Source: a bacterium (lineage in GTDB: Bacteria; Patescibacteriota; Patescibacteriia; SG8-24). From it: a stretch of 64,000 nt of DNA. The translations under genes were made by a program, and so were the position numbers. Within the stretch, counting starts at the first letter, position 1; every line of letters starts with the position of its first letter. Location: positions 974-64,973 of the forward strand of contig JAHFIW010000001.1 of NCBI GenBank assembly GCA_023246195.1, in the 5' to 3' direction. This document shows, piece by piece, positions 1 through 9,920 of this stretch. A model generated the notes under the pieces. The model saw nothing but the letters and a program-made list of their open reading frames with translations, ran no database searches and had not been told where the DNA came from.

Positions 1-1926
1 GTTCACCAGGAAGATCTTCTTGTTGTTCATGATGTCGGTGAAGTCGATGGCCGACTTCTGCTGGCCGATGATGTTGCGCATCATCGAGTTCTCCACGAAG
101 CGTCCGACTTTGGAGATGAGATAGCCGAGCATCTCGGACTTGTGGAAGTCGGAAGTCTTGTCCATCTCGTTTTCCCAGAACGACCTGACTACCGGGTCCG
201 TGATCTTGGCGCGCCACTCCTTTTGGAACGCGGCATCGGAGACCAAGCGCGGAATCTCGGCGATGGTGCCGGGGTTCTCCTTGTCGGACATCAGGGTGAG
301 CATGTAATTGCGCATCTGGTGCTCGAACATCGGACCGATCATCTCGGCACCGAACAGCTTGTAGAAGATGGCCACCATTTCGCCGCAGACGAAATCCTTC
401 ATCTCGTCGCTGGGAGCCTCGATCATGTTGAGACCGACGGGCCGATCAAGATCGGACGGGTCAAAGATGACGACGTCGTCGGCGCGCTCCTTGGGGATGC
501 AGGCCAAGACCGTTTCCACCAGGTCGCCGTGCGGATCGATGATGCAGACGCCGTCGCCGTTCTTGATGTCCTGCACGGCCATGGTGGCGATGTACTCCGA
601 CTTACCGGAGCCGGACTTGCCGATCAGGTACATGTGGCGGAAGCGGTCCTCCTTCTTGATGAAGACCTGGGTCTTTTCGCCGCGATATTCCACGAATCCC
701 AAATGCAGGCCTTCTTTGGGAAGGTTTGGCGGCGGCGGTGCCTTGCGGGCGCCAAGCCAGCGGATGTTGGGCGTTTCGGTGGATGACAGCGGAAAGTGAC
801 ACAGGCTGGCGAGTTCTTCTCCGGTCATGACCATTTCATGCCTTTCGTCGAAGTGACGGAAGATGAAATCGCGGATGACCTTGTTGCCGGTGGCACCCTT
901 GGCAATCTGATTGCCGTACTGCGGAATGTTGTACTGCGAAAAGGCGTTGAGGATGTTGTTGAGGTAATTGGACGCGGCCGACTGGGTCGGGGCCGAAGTG
1001 ACCACGCGGATGATGACGTCGAGACCGAGCTTGGAAGCCTTGTCGTCGATGGCCTTGACCATCTCCTCTTCGGCGCTGCTCATCTTGCGCGGCTCCTTCT
1101 TTGGCTCGTTCTTCTTGGTCGGAGCGAACATCGAACCGAGCATCGTCAGGAATCCCGCGCCGGACATGGCCTCCTTGAGCGTCTTGCCCTCGTGCATCCC
1201 CTTCACCACCGCCAGCGCAGGCGTCCGCCAGGCCTTCTTTGCCGAGCGCACCACGATCTGAATCGCGGCGCCGTCGGTCTTTTCCACCTTTGCCAAGGCG
1301 TTGGTGAGCACGTTGAGCGGGTCGCTGTCCTGCTTTTTGTAACTCTTGATGGGGAAGAAATGCTGGCGCTTGAAGACCATGCGCGCACCGAGCGCCACGC
1401 CCTGCGGCGAAAAAATATCGTAATCGGATACGGGTTCGACCTGCGCCAGCGGATACTGGCCGTGTATCTGCTGTTCGACGAACTCCTTGAGGTGATGAGG
1501 CGCGGCCACGTAGAACGACACCAGCCCGTCCTTTGCGACGATTTCGAAGGAAACGGCATCGGAGCGTCCCACCATCCAGGCCTTGAGACCGCGTTCTGCC
1601 GTGAGTCCGCCGATGGAAGCGAACACGTTTTCCATGATGGCGATCTTCTCCTGCACCTGCTGCAGGGATTTTTCCTGCTGGCCGGACTCGCCCTTCTCTG
1701 CCTGCTCCTTGGGAACCGTCACCAACATCACGTTCATCTTGAACGCCACGTCGGATTGGTACTTCTTGCGCAAGTGCGCGCGAACGACGGCGAAGACGAC
1801 GCCGGCGACGATGCACGCCGCCAAAAGCAGCATCAAGCCGATACCCGACGGGCTTAATGCGAAATCCATCACGGACGTGGCGTCCAGGTTGGTTGAGACG
1901 GCGAATTGGAACAGCGCTAGTGGCAT
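1..1926 (-). CDS. VirD4/TraG/TraD-like coupling ATPase (DUF87/HerA-FtsK superfamily), 3' end outside window
   Basis: Absent from the ORF track because it runs off the edge. Manual translation: MPLALFQ..., N-terminal TM helix, Walker A 'RHMYLIGKSGSGKS', 'GVCIIDPHGDL', 'RNIIGQQKS'; open to base 1. Confidence 0.85.
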   Translation of the reverse strand, partial: MPLALFQFAVSTNLDATSVMDFALSPSGIGLMLLLAACIVAGVVFAVVRAHLRKKYQSDVAFKMNVMLVTVPKEQAEKGESGQQEKSLQQVQEKIAIMENVFASIGGLTAERGLKAWMVGRSDAVSFEIVAKDGLVSFYVAAPHHLKEFVEQQIHGQYPLAQVEPVSDYDIFSPQGVALGARMVFKRQHFFPIKSYKKQDSDPLNVLTNALAKVEKTDGAAIQIVVRSAKKAWRTPALAVVKGMHEGKTLKEAMSGAGFLTMLGSMFAPTKKNEPKKEPRKMSSAEEEMVKAIDDKASKLGLDVIIRVVTSAPTQSAASNYLNNILNAFSQYNIPQYGNQIAKGATGNKVIRDFIFRHFDERHEMVMTGEELASLCHFPLSSTETPNIRWLGARKAPPPPNLPKEGLHLGFVEYRGEKTQVFIKKEDRFRHMYLIGKSGSGKSEYIATMAVQDIKNGDGVCIIDPHGDLVETVLACIPKERADDVVIFDPSDLDRPVGLNMIEAPSDEMKDFVCGEMVAIFYKLFGAEMIGPMFEHQMRNYMLTLMSDKENPGTIAEIPRLVSDAAFQKEWRAKITDPVVRSFWENEMDKTSDFHKSEMLGYLISKVGRFVENSMMRNIIGQQKSAIDFTDIMNNKKIFLVN

Positions 1927-1948
1927 CGTAATGGAGGTTGAAAGATGT

Positions 1949-2446
1949 CTACTCTCCGTCGGCGGCCCGCCGTTCCCTGACGAGCGTCATGACCGTATCC
2001 GTCTTGATCTTCCCTTCCTGCAACAGGAACCACGGGTTCACCTTGGGAATGGTCTTGAGCCAATGGTCGATGACGGCGTGGACGGCATGCGGACGAACGT
2101 TCTTTTTATCGATCATGGCGCGCATCTGGGCGGCGGTACGTTCGCCTTCGGCCCGGAAACGGACGCGCGACTCTTTGGGAAGGGCAAAGTAGAGCTCCCA
2201 AAGGTTTTCTTCCAGGGCGCGCTCCACCTTCATGCGAGCTTCGTCTTTGGGTTCGGGAGCGGGCGTAGGAACGGACGAACGGGCGACTTCAATCGCCGGC
2301 GACGGAACCGGTTCGGGAACGCGAACTTCGACGCCTTCCTGAGGTGCCTTCTCGCGCCATTCGATTTCTCTTCCGGATTCGGGAGCATTCGGACTTTCTG
2401 GCGGCTTTTCTGCACCCAACTCCGCTCCCGTTTCACCGTTCAACAT
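1949..2446 (-). CDS. Conserved hypothetical protein upstream of the VirD4-like gene
   Basis: ORF trimmed to ATG 2446; Glu/Pro-rich N-terminus and C-terminal 'VNPWFLLQEGKIKTD'; co-oriented 22 bp before the ATPase. Confidence 0.65.
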   Translation of the reverse strand: MLNGETGAELGAEKPPESPNAPESGREIEWREKAPQEGVEVRVPEPVPSPAIEVARSSVPTPAPEPKDEARMKVERALEENLWELYFALPKESRVRFRAEGERTAAQMRAMIDKKNVRPHAVHAVIDHWLKTIPKVNPWFLLQEGKIKTDTVMTLVRERRAADGE

Positions 2447-2531
2447 AAGTGACTGACCTGAGTATCCGCCTAAAGCATACCACGAAGCCGCCTCCCACCT
2501 CAACAACGAGAGTTCTCCCCAATCACGCTGG

Positions 2532-2558
2532 TTGACGCCACACATAAAATGCTATGAT
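2532..2558 (+). promoter_or_regulatory. sigma70-type promoter of corA, probably leaderless
   Basis: TTGACG (2532) and extended -10 TGcTATGAT (2550-2558); ATG lies 6 nt after the -10. Confidence 0.5.
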
Positions 2559-2564
2559 GCCAGC

Positions 2565-3527
2565 ATGGCCAAACGTAACGATGCCGTAAAAAAACCGAAG
2601 AGCCGCGTGCAGCAGGTGCATACCGGCGGACCGGTAGTCTGGCACAACGTGCTCGACCCAAACCAAGCAGCCCTGAAAGACCTCAAGGCGCTTTTTCCGT
2701 TTTTTCAGGAAGAGGATCTTCAGGATTGCCTGCCGCCGTTTCAGCGCCCAAAGATGCTGCGCCGCGACAACTACCTTTTTTTGGTCCTGCTCTACCCCAT
2801 CTTCGACAGCATCTCGCGTACCATCGTTCCCTACGAAGTGGACTTCTTTATCGGCAAGGACTTCGTGGTTACCAGCCATCGCGGCACGCATCCCACGCTC
2901 ACCTCGCTGACCGACGCCTGCAATGCCGACACGGGCACCTGCACCATACGTTCCGGGGATACGGCCATGCGCCTGTCGCTCGACGTCATCCACGGCCTCA
3001 CGGTCGCCTGCTTCCCGATGGTCACCGAACTTTCCAACGAGTTGATCGGCGTGGAACACGAACTGTTCGACGAAATCGACGGCGACATCACCAAGAAGAT
3101 GCTGCGTATCCGCACCAGCGTCGTCGGCTTCCGCAAGACCATGCAGGGATCAGACAACGTGCTGCGCAAGCTGCTGGAGAAGGGAAACACGCTTTTCTCG
3201 ATGGACGAGTACCGGCTGCAAGTGGACGACATCAACACCCACAGCCGAGAAATCCGCGACTTCCTGGAAAACGACCGCGATACCATCTCCGCGCTCTACG
3301 ACGCGCACCTGGCACTGGTGTCATATCGCGCCACCCAGGCGACCAAGACGCTGACCGCGCTGGCCTTCATCATCTTCCCGATGACCTTGGTAGCTGCCAT
3401 CTTCAGCATGAAGGCGGTGCACATGCCCCTGACGGGAATGCAAAACGACTTTTGGCTGATGATCGGGTGCATCTTCGTGACGATGCTGGTCATCGTGATA
3501 TTCTTGAAGCGGAAAAAGTGGTTATAA
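2565..3527 (+). CDS. corA: CorA family Mg2+/divalent cation transporter
   Basis: CorA fold: 'QRPK', 'EVDFFIGKDFVVTSH', two C-terminal TM helices, 'KRKKWL' end. The GMN signature reads SMK. Confidence 0.85.
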   Translation: MAKRNDAVKKPKSRVQQVHTGGPVVWHNVLDPNQAALKDLKALFPFFQEEDLQDCLPPFQRPKMLRRDNYLFLVLLYPIFDSISRTIVPYEVDFFIGKDFVVTSHRGTHPTLTSLTDACNADTGTCTIRSGDTAMRLSLDVIHGLTVACFPMVTELSNELIGVEHELFDEIDGDITKKMLRIRTSVVGFRKTMQGSDNVLRKLLEKGNTLFSMDEYRLQVDDINTHSREIRDFLENDRDTISALYDAHLALVSYRATQATKTLTALAFIIFPMTLVAAIFSMKAVHMPLTGMQNDFWLMIGCIFVTMLVIVIFLKRKKWL

Positions 3528-3530
3528 ATG

Positions 3531-3564
3531 AACGAAAAAACCGGCATGCGCCGGTTTTTTCGTT
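3531..3564. terminator. Bidirectional intrinsic terminator (corA/cysS)
   Basis: AACGAAAAAACCGGC-atgc-GCCGGTTTTTTCGTT perfect inverted repeat between convergent genes. Confidence 0.85.
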
Positions 3565-3567
3565 GCG

Positions 3568-4998
3568 TCAAATTCGCTTGATGCGTCGCCCTTCCGGAGT
3601 ATCCTCAACCAGATACCCGCGACTCTTGAGCTCGTCACGCACCGTATCGGCCTCGGCGAAACGCTTCTCGCGCCGTGCCTCGTCGCGCTTTTCGATCAGC
3701 GCGAGAATGCTTGCCGGAACATCGGCTTCGTCGGTGCTGGCACCGAAGGCGAAACCGAGCACGCTGCCGACGTCAGCGATAAAGGCGATGGCGGCCTCGC
3801 GGGCCTTCTTGGTAAACTCACCCTTGGCGATGCGGTCGTTGGTGACGCGGATGAACTCGAAGACGGCAGCGAGCGCCTCGGCGACGTTGAGATCGTCGTC
3901 GAGCGCTTCGACGAAGGCATCGACGGCCTTCTTTGCTTCGGCATCGTCGGCGCCTTCTTCTTGCGGCGTGGACTGCCTGACCGCGTCAGCCAGGGCATCG
4001 AGACGAGCCAAGGCGGCACGAGCGCCGTCAAGACCGTGCAGCGTAAAATTGAGCGACGATCGATAGTGCGTGGAAAGCAGCTGGTAGCGGACGCTGCGCG
4101 GATCATGCCCGCGGGCCACGAGATCATCGAGCGTGTAAAAGTTTCCCTTTGATTTGGACATTTTGACGCCGTCTACCAGCAGATGCGTGGCGTGCAGCCA
4201 ATAATTGACGAAGGTCTTTCCGCTGGCACCTTCTGATTGGGCGATCTCGCACTCGTGATGCGGAAACTTGTTGTCCTCGCCTCCGGTATGGATGTCGATG
4301 GTCTCACCCAAATATTTGGTGGCCATGGCCGAGCACTCGATATGCCAGCCGGGATAGCCCTTGCCCCACGGCGCTTCCCACTGCAGCAAGTGCTTGGGAT
4401 TGTGGATCCACAGCGCGAAGTCGGCCGGATGGCGCTTTTCGTCGCGCACCTCGATGCGGCTGCCGGCATCGAGAGCGTCCAGCGTGTTGCCGGAGAGCTT
4501 GCCATACTCCTTGAAGGAGGTGACGTCGTAGTAGACGCTGACTCCCCCGTCCTTCTCAACCTTGTACGCATGACCGTTCTCGAGCAGTTTGGAAATGATG
4601 GCGATCATCTCCGGCACATGATCGCTGGCCTTGGGATAGACGCTTGCCGGCATCATGCCCATGCGTCCGATGTCGCGAAAAAACGAATCGGCATAGAATT
4701 GCGCGACTTCGGCAGGCGTCTTTCCGGCCTTCTCGGCGGCCACTTCCATCTTGTCCTCTCCTTCGTCCGCATCGGCCAGCATATGACCCACGTCAGTGAT
4801 GTTCATCACCTGGGTCACCTCGTAGCCGCGATATTCCAAATAACGGCGCAGCAAGTCAGCCAACAAAAACGACCGCAAATTGCCGATGTGGACGTAGTCG
4901 TAAACCGTGGGGCCGCAATTGTACATCGTCACCCGCCCCTTTTTAAGCGGCTTGAACGGCTGTTCGGTCTTTGACAGCGAGTCATGAAAACGAAGCAT
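3568..4998 (-). CDS. cysS: Cysteine--tRNA ligase
   Basis: 'MYNCGPTVY', HIGN, '[12 protein letters not shown]', '[12 protein letters not shown]', KMSKS. Confidence 0.98.
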   Translation of the reverse strand: MLRFHDSLSKTEQPFKPLKKGRVTMYNCGPTVYDYVHIGNLRSFLLADLLRRYLEYRGYEVTQVMNITDVGHMLADADEGEDKMEVAAEKAGKTPAEVAQFYADSFFRDIGRMGMMPASVYPKASDHVPEMIAIISKLLENGHAYKVEKDGGVSVYYDVTSFKEYGKLSGNTLDALDAGSRIEVRDEKRHPADFALWIHNPKHLLQWEAPWGKGYPGWHIECSAMATKYLGETIDIHTGGEDNKFPHHECEIAQSEGASGKTFVNYWLHATHLLVDGVKMSKSKGNFYTLDDLVARGHDPRSVRYQLLSTHYRSSLNFTLHGLDGARAALARLDALADAVRQSTPQEEGADDAEAKKAVDAFVEALDDDLNVAEALAAVFEFIRVTNDRIAKGEFTKKAREAAIAFIADVGSVLGFAFGASTDEADVPASILALIEKRDEARREKRFAEADTVRDELKSRGYLVEDTPEGRRIKRI

Positions 4999-5047
4999 AT
5001 CGGCGTGAGCGTAACACGCGGCGGAGGAACTGGAAAGATGGGAGGAA

Positions 5048-5081
5048 CGAAAAGCGCCCCGCTGATGCGGGACGCTTTTCG
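5048..5081. terminator. Intrinsic terminator after the fibre gene
   Basis: CGAAAAGCGCCCCGC-tgat-GCGGGACGCTTTTCG. Confidence 0.7.
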
Positions 5082-5098
5082 CATCGAGTCATTCGTCC

Positions 5099-7900
5099 TT
5101 ATTTTCCGAGCTTCGCCTCCAGCGCACTGATGCGCGCTTCAAGTTCGCTGATCTTGGCATCCTTGGCGTCGACTTTGGCGTTGACTTCCTTGATCGCGTT
5201 GATGTTCACGAAGATGAGCGACGACGGATCGACTGCGTAGATGTCGGTATCCGTCTGGTCGTCCGGATGCAGCTTGCCCTTCCGCGTGGTCACCGCATAC
5301 GGCGCGACCTTATCGAGTTCCTGCGCGATGACACCGACTCCATGGTGACCCTTCACGGTTTCACCGAGACCGTTGTAGGTGTAATTGACCGGATTGATCT
5401 TCTCGAGGGTGTCGAGGCCGTCGGTGAACGGATTCACGTTTTCCTTCACTCGGCGATCGGATGAAGAGTAGTAACCCGTAGCATAGACCGGTCCGGAGTC
5501 CCAAATGTAGCTGGTGACGTCGAGCGTGCCGCAGACGCGCATCGTATAACCGGCACCGAGACCGCCGTAACAACCGACTCCAGAGCCTGCGCCGGTGTCA
5601 AAACCGGTGTCCATGTAGACCGGCTTGCTGCCGAAGGAACGGATCCAGGTACCGTCAGCCATGAACCATCCGCCGCCGTAAGACTGGAAGAAGAGTCCTT
5701 GATTTCCGCTCACGCGGACCCAGCCGTTATTGACGTTGACGTCGCCGTTCGTCGTGAGAGAAAGGGTCGAGATGGTGCTGTTCGAAACGATGGCACCGCC
5801 CGTCAGGGTCGCTCCCGTGCTCAAATTCCCCTGAAATATGCCGGTGCCGCTATTGTACAGGGTACCCAAACCAAGAAACGAGTAAGAACCGTAGGCGAGG
5901 AACGCGCTCGTGCCGGCAGCTGAGGTATTGGCGAAGTAACCGGCTCCCGAAGGCGAAGATGCGGAAATGCCGTAATTTGGCCCGGTCGCCTGTACGCCGA
6001 TACCGTTGGCCGCAGTAGAGGTGAACTTGCCGCCAAAACCGTAGTTGCTCAAACCCTCAACGCCTGCGGAAGGGCCTGATCCGTACACGCCGTCCGAGCC
6101 CGCCAAGGTAGAGTTCCCCCACACGCCGTAAATACCGCCGGTGCCGTAGGCGCCATAGGAGACTCCCTGACCGTAAAGGCCGTACGTGCTGCCTGACCCG
6201 AAAACACCGGTACTGCCGCCAGTCCCGTAGACTCCGGTGCCATGTCCGTTGCCGTAGACTCCGGTTCCCGAAACCGGATCGACTTGCGAGAAGCCCATGA
6301 TGCCGTAAGACCCCGCGGAAGTGGAAATGCCCTCCACTCCATTTACGCCGTCAGCAAGCACTCCGTAGTTTCCGCCATGAGCGACGACTCCTTCCGCTGC
6401 GCCGGATGCGTTCACGCCGATGACAGGAGCAGTAACGGTGAGGCCGTTCGTCGTCAACGAGCCTCGGTCGGTCACGGATTGAAGCGTGGAAGCATCGTTG
6501 ATGGTGACGGCACCGGTCCCGCCCGAAAGCGCGATGTCCATACCGGCAACCGCCGACGTAACGCCGGTATTGCTCACGACGACGGCACCGGTCGTAGGAA
6601 CCACGGAAACGCCAGCGCCGGAACCGGAAACGGAGGTGACCGGCGCCGCAGCCGGCGCCTGCCAGGTACCATTGCCCACGGCGTCAGAAGTGAGGATTTT
6701 CCCCACGCCCGCGCCCGACGACAGGAGAAGGCCGGTCATCGCAGGAGTCGCGCAAGTAAGCGTCGTGCCCACGGTGGTCGCAAACTGACCCGAAGGGCAA
6801 GCCGCCGGAAAACCGGAAAGCCTCGCCCATGGGACGTTGCCCACCTGCAGGACGCCGTTCTGATCGATACGGAAAATGTCGGTGGTGTTGGTGCTTTCCC
6901 TGATGGTCAGCGGGCTCCAATTGCTGGCCGAGACGATGTGCAGCGCCTCGTTGCTGGAAGCCGCGGAAATCTGCAACCTGGAATCGCCGACGGCACCAGT
7001 CGCGCCGCCCAAACTAAGCGCACGGCCGGCGGTATTCAGAGCGAGAGGACCGGTCATGGTGTCACCCGTCACGTTGACGTAGGACGGATCAAAGTCAGCA
7101 GTCGATGGCCAAGCCGTACGGCAATTCGTGCCGTTACCGAGACAGAGCTGGCTCGTCTCGATGACGCCCGGACCGACGGCGACATCCGACGCGAACGTCG
7201 AAAGACCGTTTCCGTTCGTGAACACGCTGCCAAACACGTTCATGCTGAGACCGGCTGCGCCCGAACCCCAATTGCCGACGTTAAGCTGGGTGACTCCGGG
7301 GCCATCGATACGAACGGCCTTGCCGCTGGAAAGATACGCATCGCCGCCAGTCGACTTGATATCGCCGCTGACGTTGATGTAACCGCTCTGCAAAGCTCCC
7401 GGACTGATGAGCACGTAAGGGTTAAGGCAAGTGTCGGAGCAGACGTCCCAGGTGCTACCGGCAGGACAGACGCGATTGGCCACGCACTTATTTGCCGAAG
7501 AACACATCGTAGTGCCTGCGGGACACGCGCAGGTGCTGCACTGGTCGACGTATGTCGCGCCGACCGTCGAGGCGCAGGCGGCACCGACGGTGGACGTCGC
7601 CGCCGAGCAGCCGCCGCACGGGTACGAAGCGGTATTGCAGGAACAGCTGAGAGAGGCGCAGTTGTACAGCTGATTGGCCGCACACGGACGGGAGTCCGAC
7701 TGGCAGGTGGAATCGGTGGAACGATACTCGAGACCGCCGAAGCAAGTGGTGCCGCCACCGGAGGTGGGACAGGCGCACGTGCCCTGCGTGCTGTTGTACG
7801 GACAGGTCTGGGCAGAGGCAAAACTGACGAACGCAAAAGAAGAGATGGCGAAGGCCATTGCCATGGCAAACCTTAGATACTGCGACAAGCGTTTGTGCAT
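5099..7900 (-). CDS. Secreted Cys-rich, Gly-rich fibre/adhesin with C-terminal peptidase S74 intramolecular chaperone
   Basis: Signal peptide ending 'ASA'; about 20 Cys in the first 160 aa; GVxG repeats; 'YGGGWFMADGTWIRS' motif; S74 'SSDRRVKEN...GVIAQEL...NAIKE' plus coiled coil. Confidence 0.85.
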   Translation of the reverse strand: MHKRLSQYLRFAMAMAFAISSFAFVSFASAQTCPYNSTQGTCACPTSGGGTTCFGGLEYRSTDSTCQSDSRPCAANQLYNCASLSCSCNTASYPCGGCSAATSTVGAACASTVGATYVDQCSTCACPAGTTMCSSANKCVANRVCPAGSTWDVCSDTCLNPYVLISPGALQSGYINVSGDIKSTGGDAYLSSGKAVRIDGPGVTQLNVGNWGSGAAGLSMNVFGSVFTNGNGLSTFASDVAVGPGVIETSQLCLGNGTNCRTAWPSTADFDPSYVNVTGDTMTGPLALNTAGRALSLGGATGAVGDSRLQISAASSNEALHIVSASNWSPLTIRESTNTTDIFRIDQNGVLQVGNVPWARLSGFPAACPSGQFATTVGTTLTCATPAMTGLLLSSGAGVGKILTSDAVGNGTWQAPAAAPVTSVSGSGAGVSVVPTTGAVVVSNTGVTSAVAGMDIALSGGTGAVTINDASTLQSVTDRGSLTTNGLTVTAPVIGVNASGAAEGVVAHGGNYGVLADGVNGVEGISTSAGSYGIMGFSQVDPVSGTGVYGNGHGTGVYGTGGSTGVFGSGSTYGLYGQGVSYGAYGTGGIYGVWGNSTLAGSDGVYGSGPSAGVEGLSNYGFGGKFTSTAANGIGVQATGPNYGISASSPSGAGYFANTSAAGTSAFLAYGSYSFLGLGTLYNSGTGIFQGNLSTGATLTGGAIVSNSTISTLSLTTNGDVNVNNGWVRVSGNQGLFFQSYGGGWFMADGTWIRSFGSKPVYMDTGFDTGAGSGVGCYGGLGAGYTMRVCGTLDVTSYIWDSGPVYATGYYSSSDRRVKENVNPFTDGLDTLEKINPVNYTYNGLGETVKGHHGVGVIAQELDKVAPYAVTTRKGKLHPDDQTDTDIYAVDPSSLIFVNINAIKEVNAKVDAKDAKISELEARISALEAKLGK

Positions 7901-7993
7901 AGGCGAATCAAATGAAAGTGAGGCCTTTTTTCAGCGCCGCATCCTATTGAATAAGACTACTCCGTAAAAAAGAAAAATGAAAACGCGGCCCGC

Positions 7994-8995
7994 TTACTTG
8001 CAACAGGCATATTTCAACCCGACGGGGATGTTGCAGCCGGTCAACGTCCCCCTTCCGCCGGTGACATTATCAAACGCCCAGACGCGCCCGAAAATCGATG
8101 CGCTGACGCTGGTCCAACCAAGGCAATCGCTGGCATTGAACGCCGAAGCGCCTGGAGGCCCGGAGTTCACCCAAGCAAAATTGCCGCCATTGGTCCTGAT
8201 GGGATCGCTCGGAGTCGAGCATTGGATGCTCTCGAGCAGTTCGTCTGACTTGCAGACGTGCGAGCCGGCGTACTGCGAAGCGCACGCGTTATCGGCAGAG
8301 TAGTAGCCTGCCAGTCCCGCATTCGGGCCGGACGAAACGGCAGCGAGGCTCGGCGTGTATGTTGACGCCGTCAAGCCGAGAAAAACCCTGCCGAAGCATC
8401 CCGAAGCGGCAATTCCTCCCGCATAGCTGACGTTGCCGTTGGGATCGACGCGAAACTTCGTGACGCCGTTGTTCTGCAAAAGCAGCAGCGAGGCGTTGGC
8501 CGTACCGCTCTGCACGTTCCCGTAGATGAGGTTCTGCGAGCCGGTGAGCGGCAAGGTGTTCTTGCCGAACTGCGACATGCCGCCGGAGGAAACGCCGCCG
8601 TCAATGTCGATGGACGCGTTGACCTGCGTGCCGGATGACGTGGCGCGATTCCAAATGATGGCCGGAATGTTCCCGCCCGGCGGAAGCGCCGTCGGAGGCG
8701 TGTAGGTGGCGGCATTGACGGTATGGATGACGAATCCGCCGACAGATATCAGCGCCAAGGCAAGACCGAAAAAAGCGGCGACGAGCCGAAACGGCGACGA
8801 TTGCGCGCGGCGCACTTCCGACGGGAGAGATTGTTCGGGCGCCAAAATGCCGACAGCTTCGGCGGTTGGCACCGAACGTCGACTCACACGTCTGGCGCGG
8901 ACGCTTTTCCGTGCCGCTCCCCCGCTTTTCTTAGCAGAAATCTTCCGTCTCGGTGTGGGAGAACTCTTTGGCGTAGCCTTACGTTTTGCCGCCAT
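7994..8995 (-). CDS. Membrane-anchored exported protein with C-terminal Cys-rich (DUF1554/endostatin-like) domain
   Basis: Basic N-terminus, TM helix, 'YTPPTALPPGGN', C-terminal 'ADNACASQYAGSHVC...CLGWTS...GC...ACCK'. Confidence 0.7.
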   Translation of the reverse strand: MAAKRKATPKSSPTPRRKISAKKSGGAARKSVRARRVSRRSVPTAEAVGILAPEQSLPSEVRRAQSSPFRLVAAFFGLALALISVGGFVIHTVNAATYTPPTALPPGGNIPAIIWNRATSSGTQVNASIDIDGGVSSGGMSQFGKNTLPLTGSQNLIYGNVQSGTANASLLLLQNNGVTKFRVDPNGNVSYAGGIAASGCFGRVFLGLTASTYTPSLAAVSSGPNAGLAGYYSADNACASQYAGSHVCKSDELLESIQCSTPSDPIRTNGGNFAWVNSGPPGASAFNASDCLGWTSVSASIFGRVWAFDNVTGGRGTLTGCNIPVGLKYACCK

Positions 8996-9055
8996 AAGAT
9001 AAGGAAAAATCATCGATACTATACCATACTCATGGCCGCTCACCCAGTAACCGCG

Positions 9056-9064
9056 TTATCCACA
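9056..9064 (+). promoter_or_regulatory. Single perfect DnaA box in a divergent promoter region
   Basis: TTATCCACA exact consensus; isolated. Confidence 0.35.
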
Positions 9065-9140
9065 CGATGTCAGCGTGCAGGCCTCAAGGAAAAAAGCTAT
9101 ACTCACCACAGCTTTTCCAATTCTCCTAAGAATTCGCACT

Positions 9141-9875
9141 ATGCTTCCCAGCGCAACAGCACCGCGCCAGCCGACGCCGTCCATGAGCTCCGCGTCAGCA
9201 AAGATGCCTTCACGCAAGCCGTCAGCGGGTCCGATCGTCGCCCTGCTTTTTGCAGGGGCCACCTTTATCGGCGGCTACGTCCTCGGAACGTCGATGGGCC
9301 AAAAAGCCGGCTACAACCAGGGAGCGACAGAAACGACGAGCGCGCTCAAGGCGAAGTTACAGACGTCGGGAATCATCCCGCCGCAAGTCGAGACGCATCA
9401 GCTTACGGGAAAAGTGACCGCCGTCCGCGCCGACGGTTTCGACATCGAAGTTTCGCCGATGGCCCAGAACCCCTTCGCCGCATCGGCACCGGCCAAACGC
9501 GCGATAACGGTCTCCGCCACCACGAAGTTTTCCGCCCTCGTGCAGCGAAGCCCCGCAGAGATGGATGCGGCGCAGAAGGATTTCTTCGCCGCCATGCAAA
9601 AAGTGACGGGCAAGGCCGGCGAAGTGCCGCCGGCGCCACCGACGCCGTTCACGACGAAAGAAGCCAAGCTGTCCGACCTGTCCGACGGAGTGACGGTCAC
9701 GGTGACCTCGGCTGCGGAAATTTCCAAGGCTGCCAGCTTCGCCGCAAGCGACGTCAGCATCCAGCCGACTCCCAGCGGCGCCGCGGTCCTTCCGACTCCC
9801 GGAACTCCTCCGTCCGGAACGCCTGCGCCGGCTCCCGTACCAGCGCCGGCTCCGACTCCCGCACCGACAAAGTAA
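9141..9875 (+). CDS. Membrane-anchored hypothetical protein (DUF5666-like OB segment, Pro/Ala/Thr-rich tail)
   Basis: TM helix 'IVALLFAGATFIGGYVLG', 'LTGKVTAV', 'KLSDLSDGVTVTV', PAPAP tail; TATACT upstream. Confidence 0.65.
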   Translation: MLPSATAPRQPTPSMSSASAKMPSRKPSAGPIVALLFAGATFIGGYVLGTSMGQKAGYNQGATETTSALKAKLQTSGIIPPQVETHQLTGKVTAVRADGFDIEVSPMAQNPFAASAPAKRAITVSATTKFSALVQRSPAEMDAAQKDFFAAMQKVTGKAGEVPPAPPTPFTTKEAKLSDLSDGVTVTVTSAAEISKAASFAASDVSIQPTPSGAAVLPTPGTPPSGTPAPAPVPAPAPTPAPTK

Positions 9876-9881
9876 CCGAAC

Positions 9882-9916
9882 AAAAAAAGCGCCCCGCACT
9901 TCGCGGGGCGCTTTTT
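9882..9916. terminator. Bidirectional intrinsic terminator
   Basis: AAAAAAAGCGCCCCGC-actt-CGCGGGGCGCTTTTT between convergent genes. Confidence 0.85.
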
Positions 9917-9920
9917 CGTC

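Noticed and set aside
142-1857. Long plus-strand ORFs (214, 353 aa) and a 326-aa minus-strand ORF
   Set aside because: Shadow frames of the real VirD4-like gene (1-1926, minus), which the track missed because it lacks a stop in the window.
5900-6420. Repetitive GVxG/GxYG sequence as a possible CRISPR array or DGR repeat
   Set aside because: Repeats are degenerate at DNA level and protein-coding; no identical spacer-separated repeats, TR/VR pair or reverse transcriptase.
5099-7900. Prophage or shufflon
   Set aside because: No capsid, terminase, integrase, Rci recombinase or sfx-like repeats nearby; the gene has a Sec signal.
9056-9064. Replication origin
   Set aside because: Only one perfect DnaA box, no cluster or DUE, no dnaA/dnaN; boxes near dnaB and mraZ are too degenerate.
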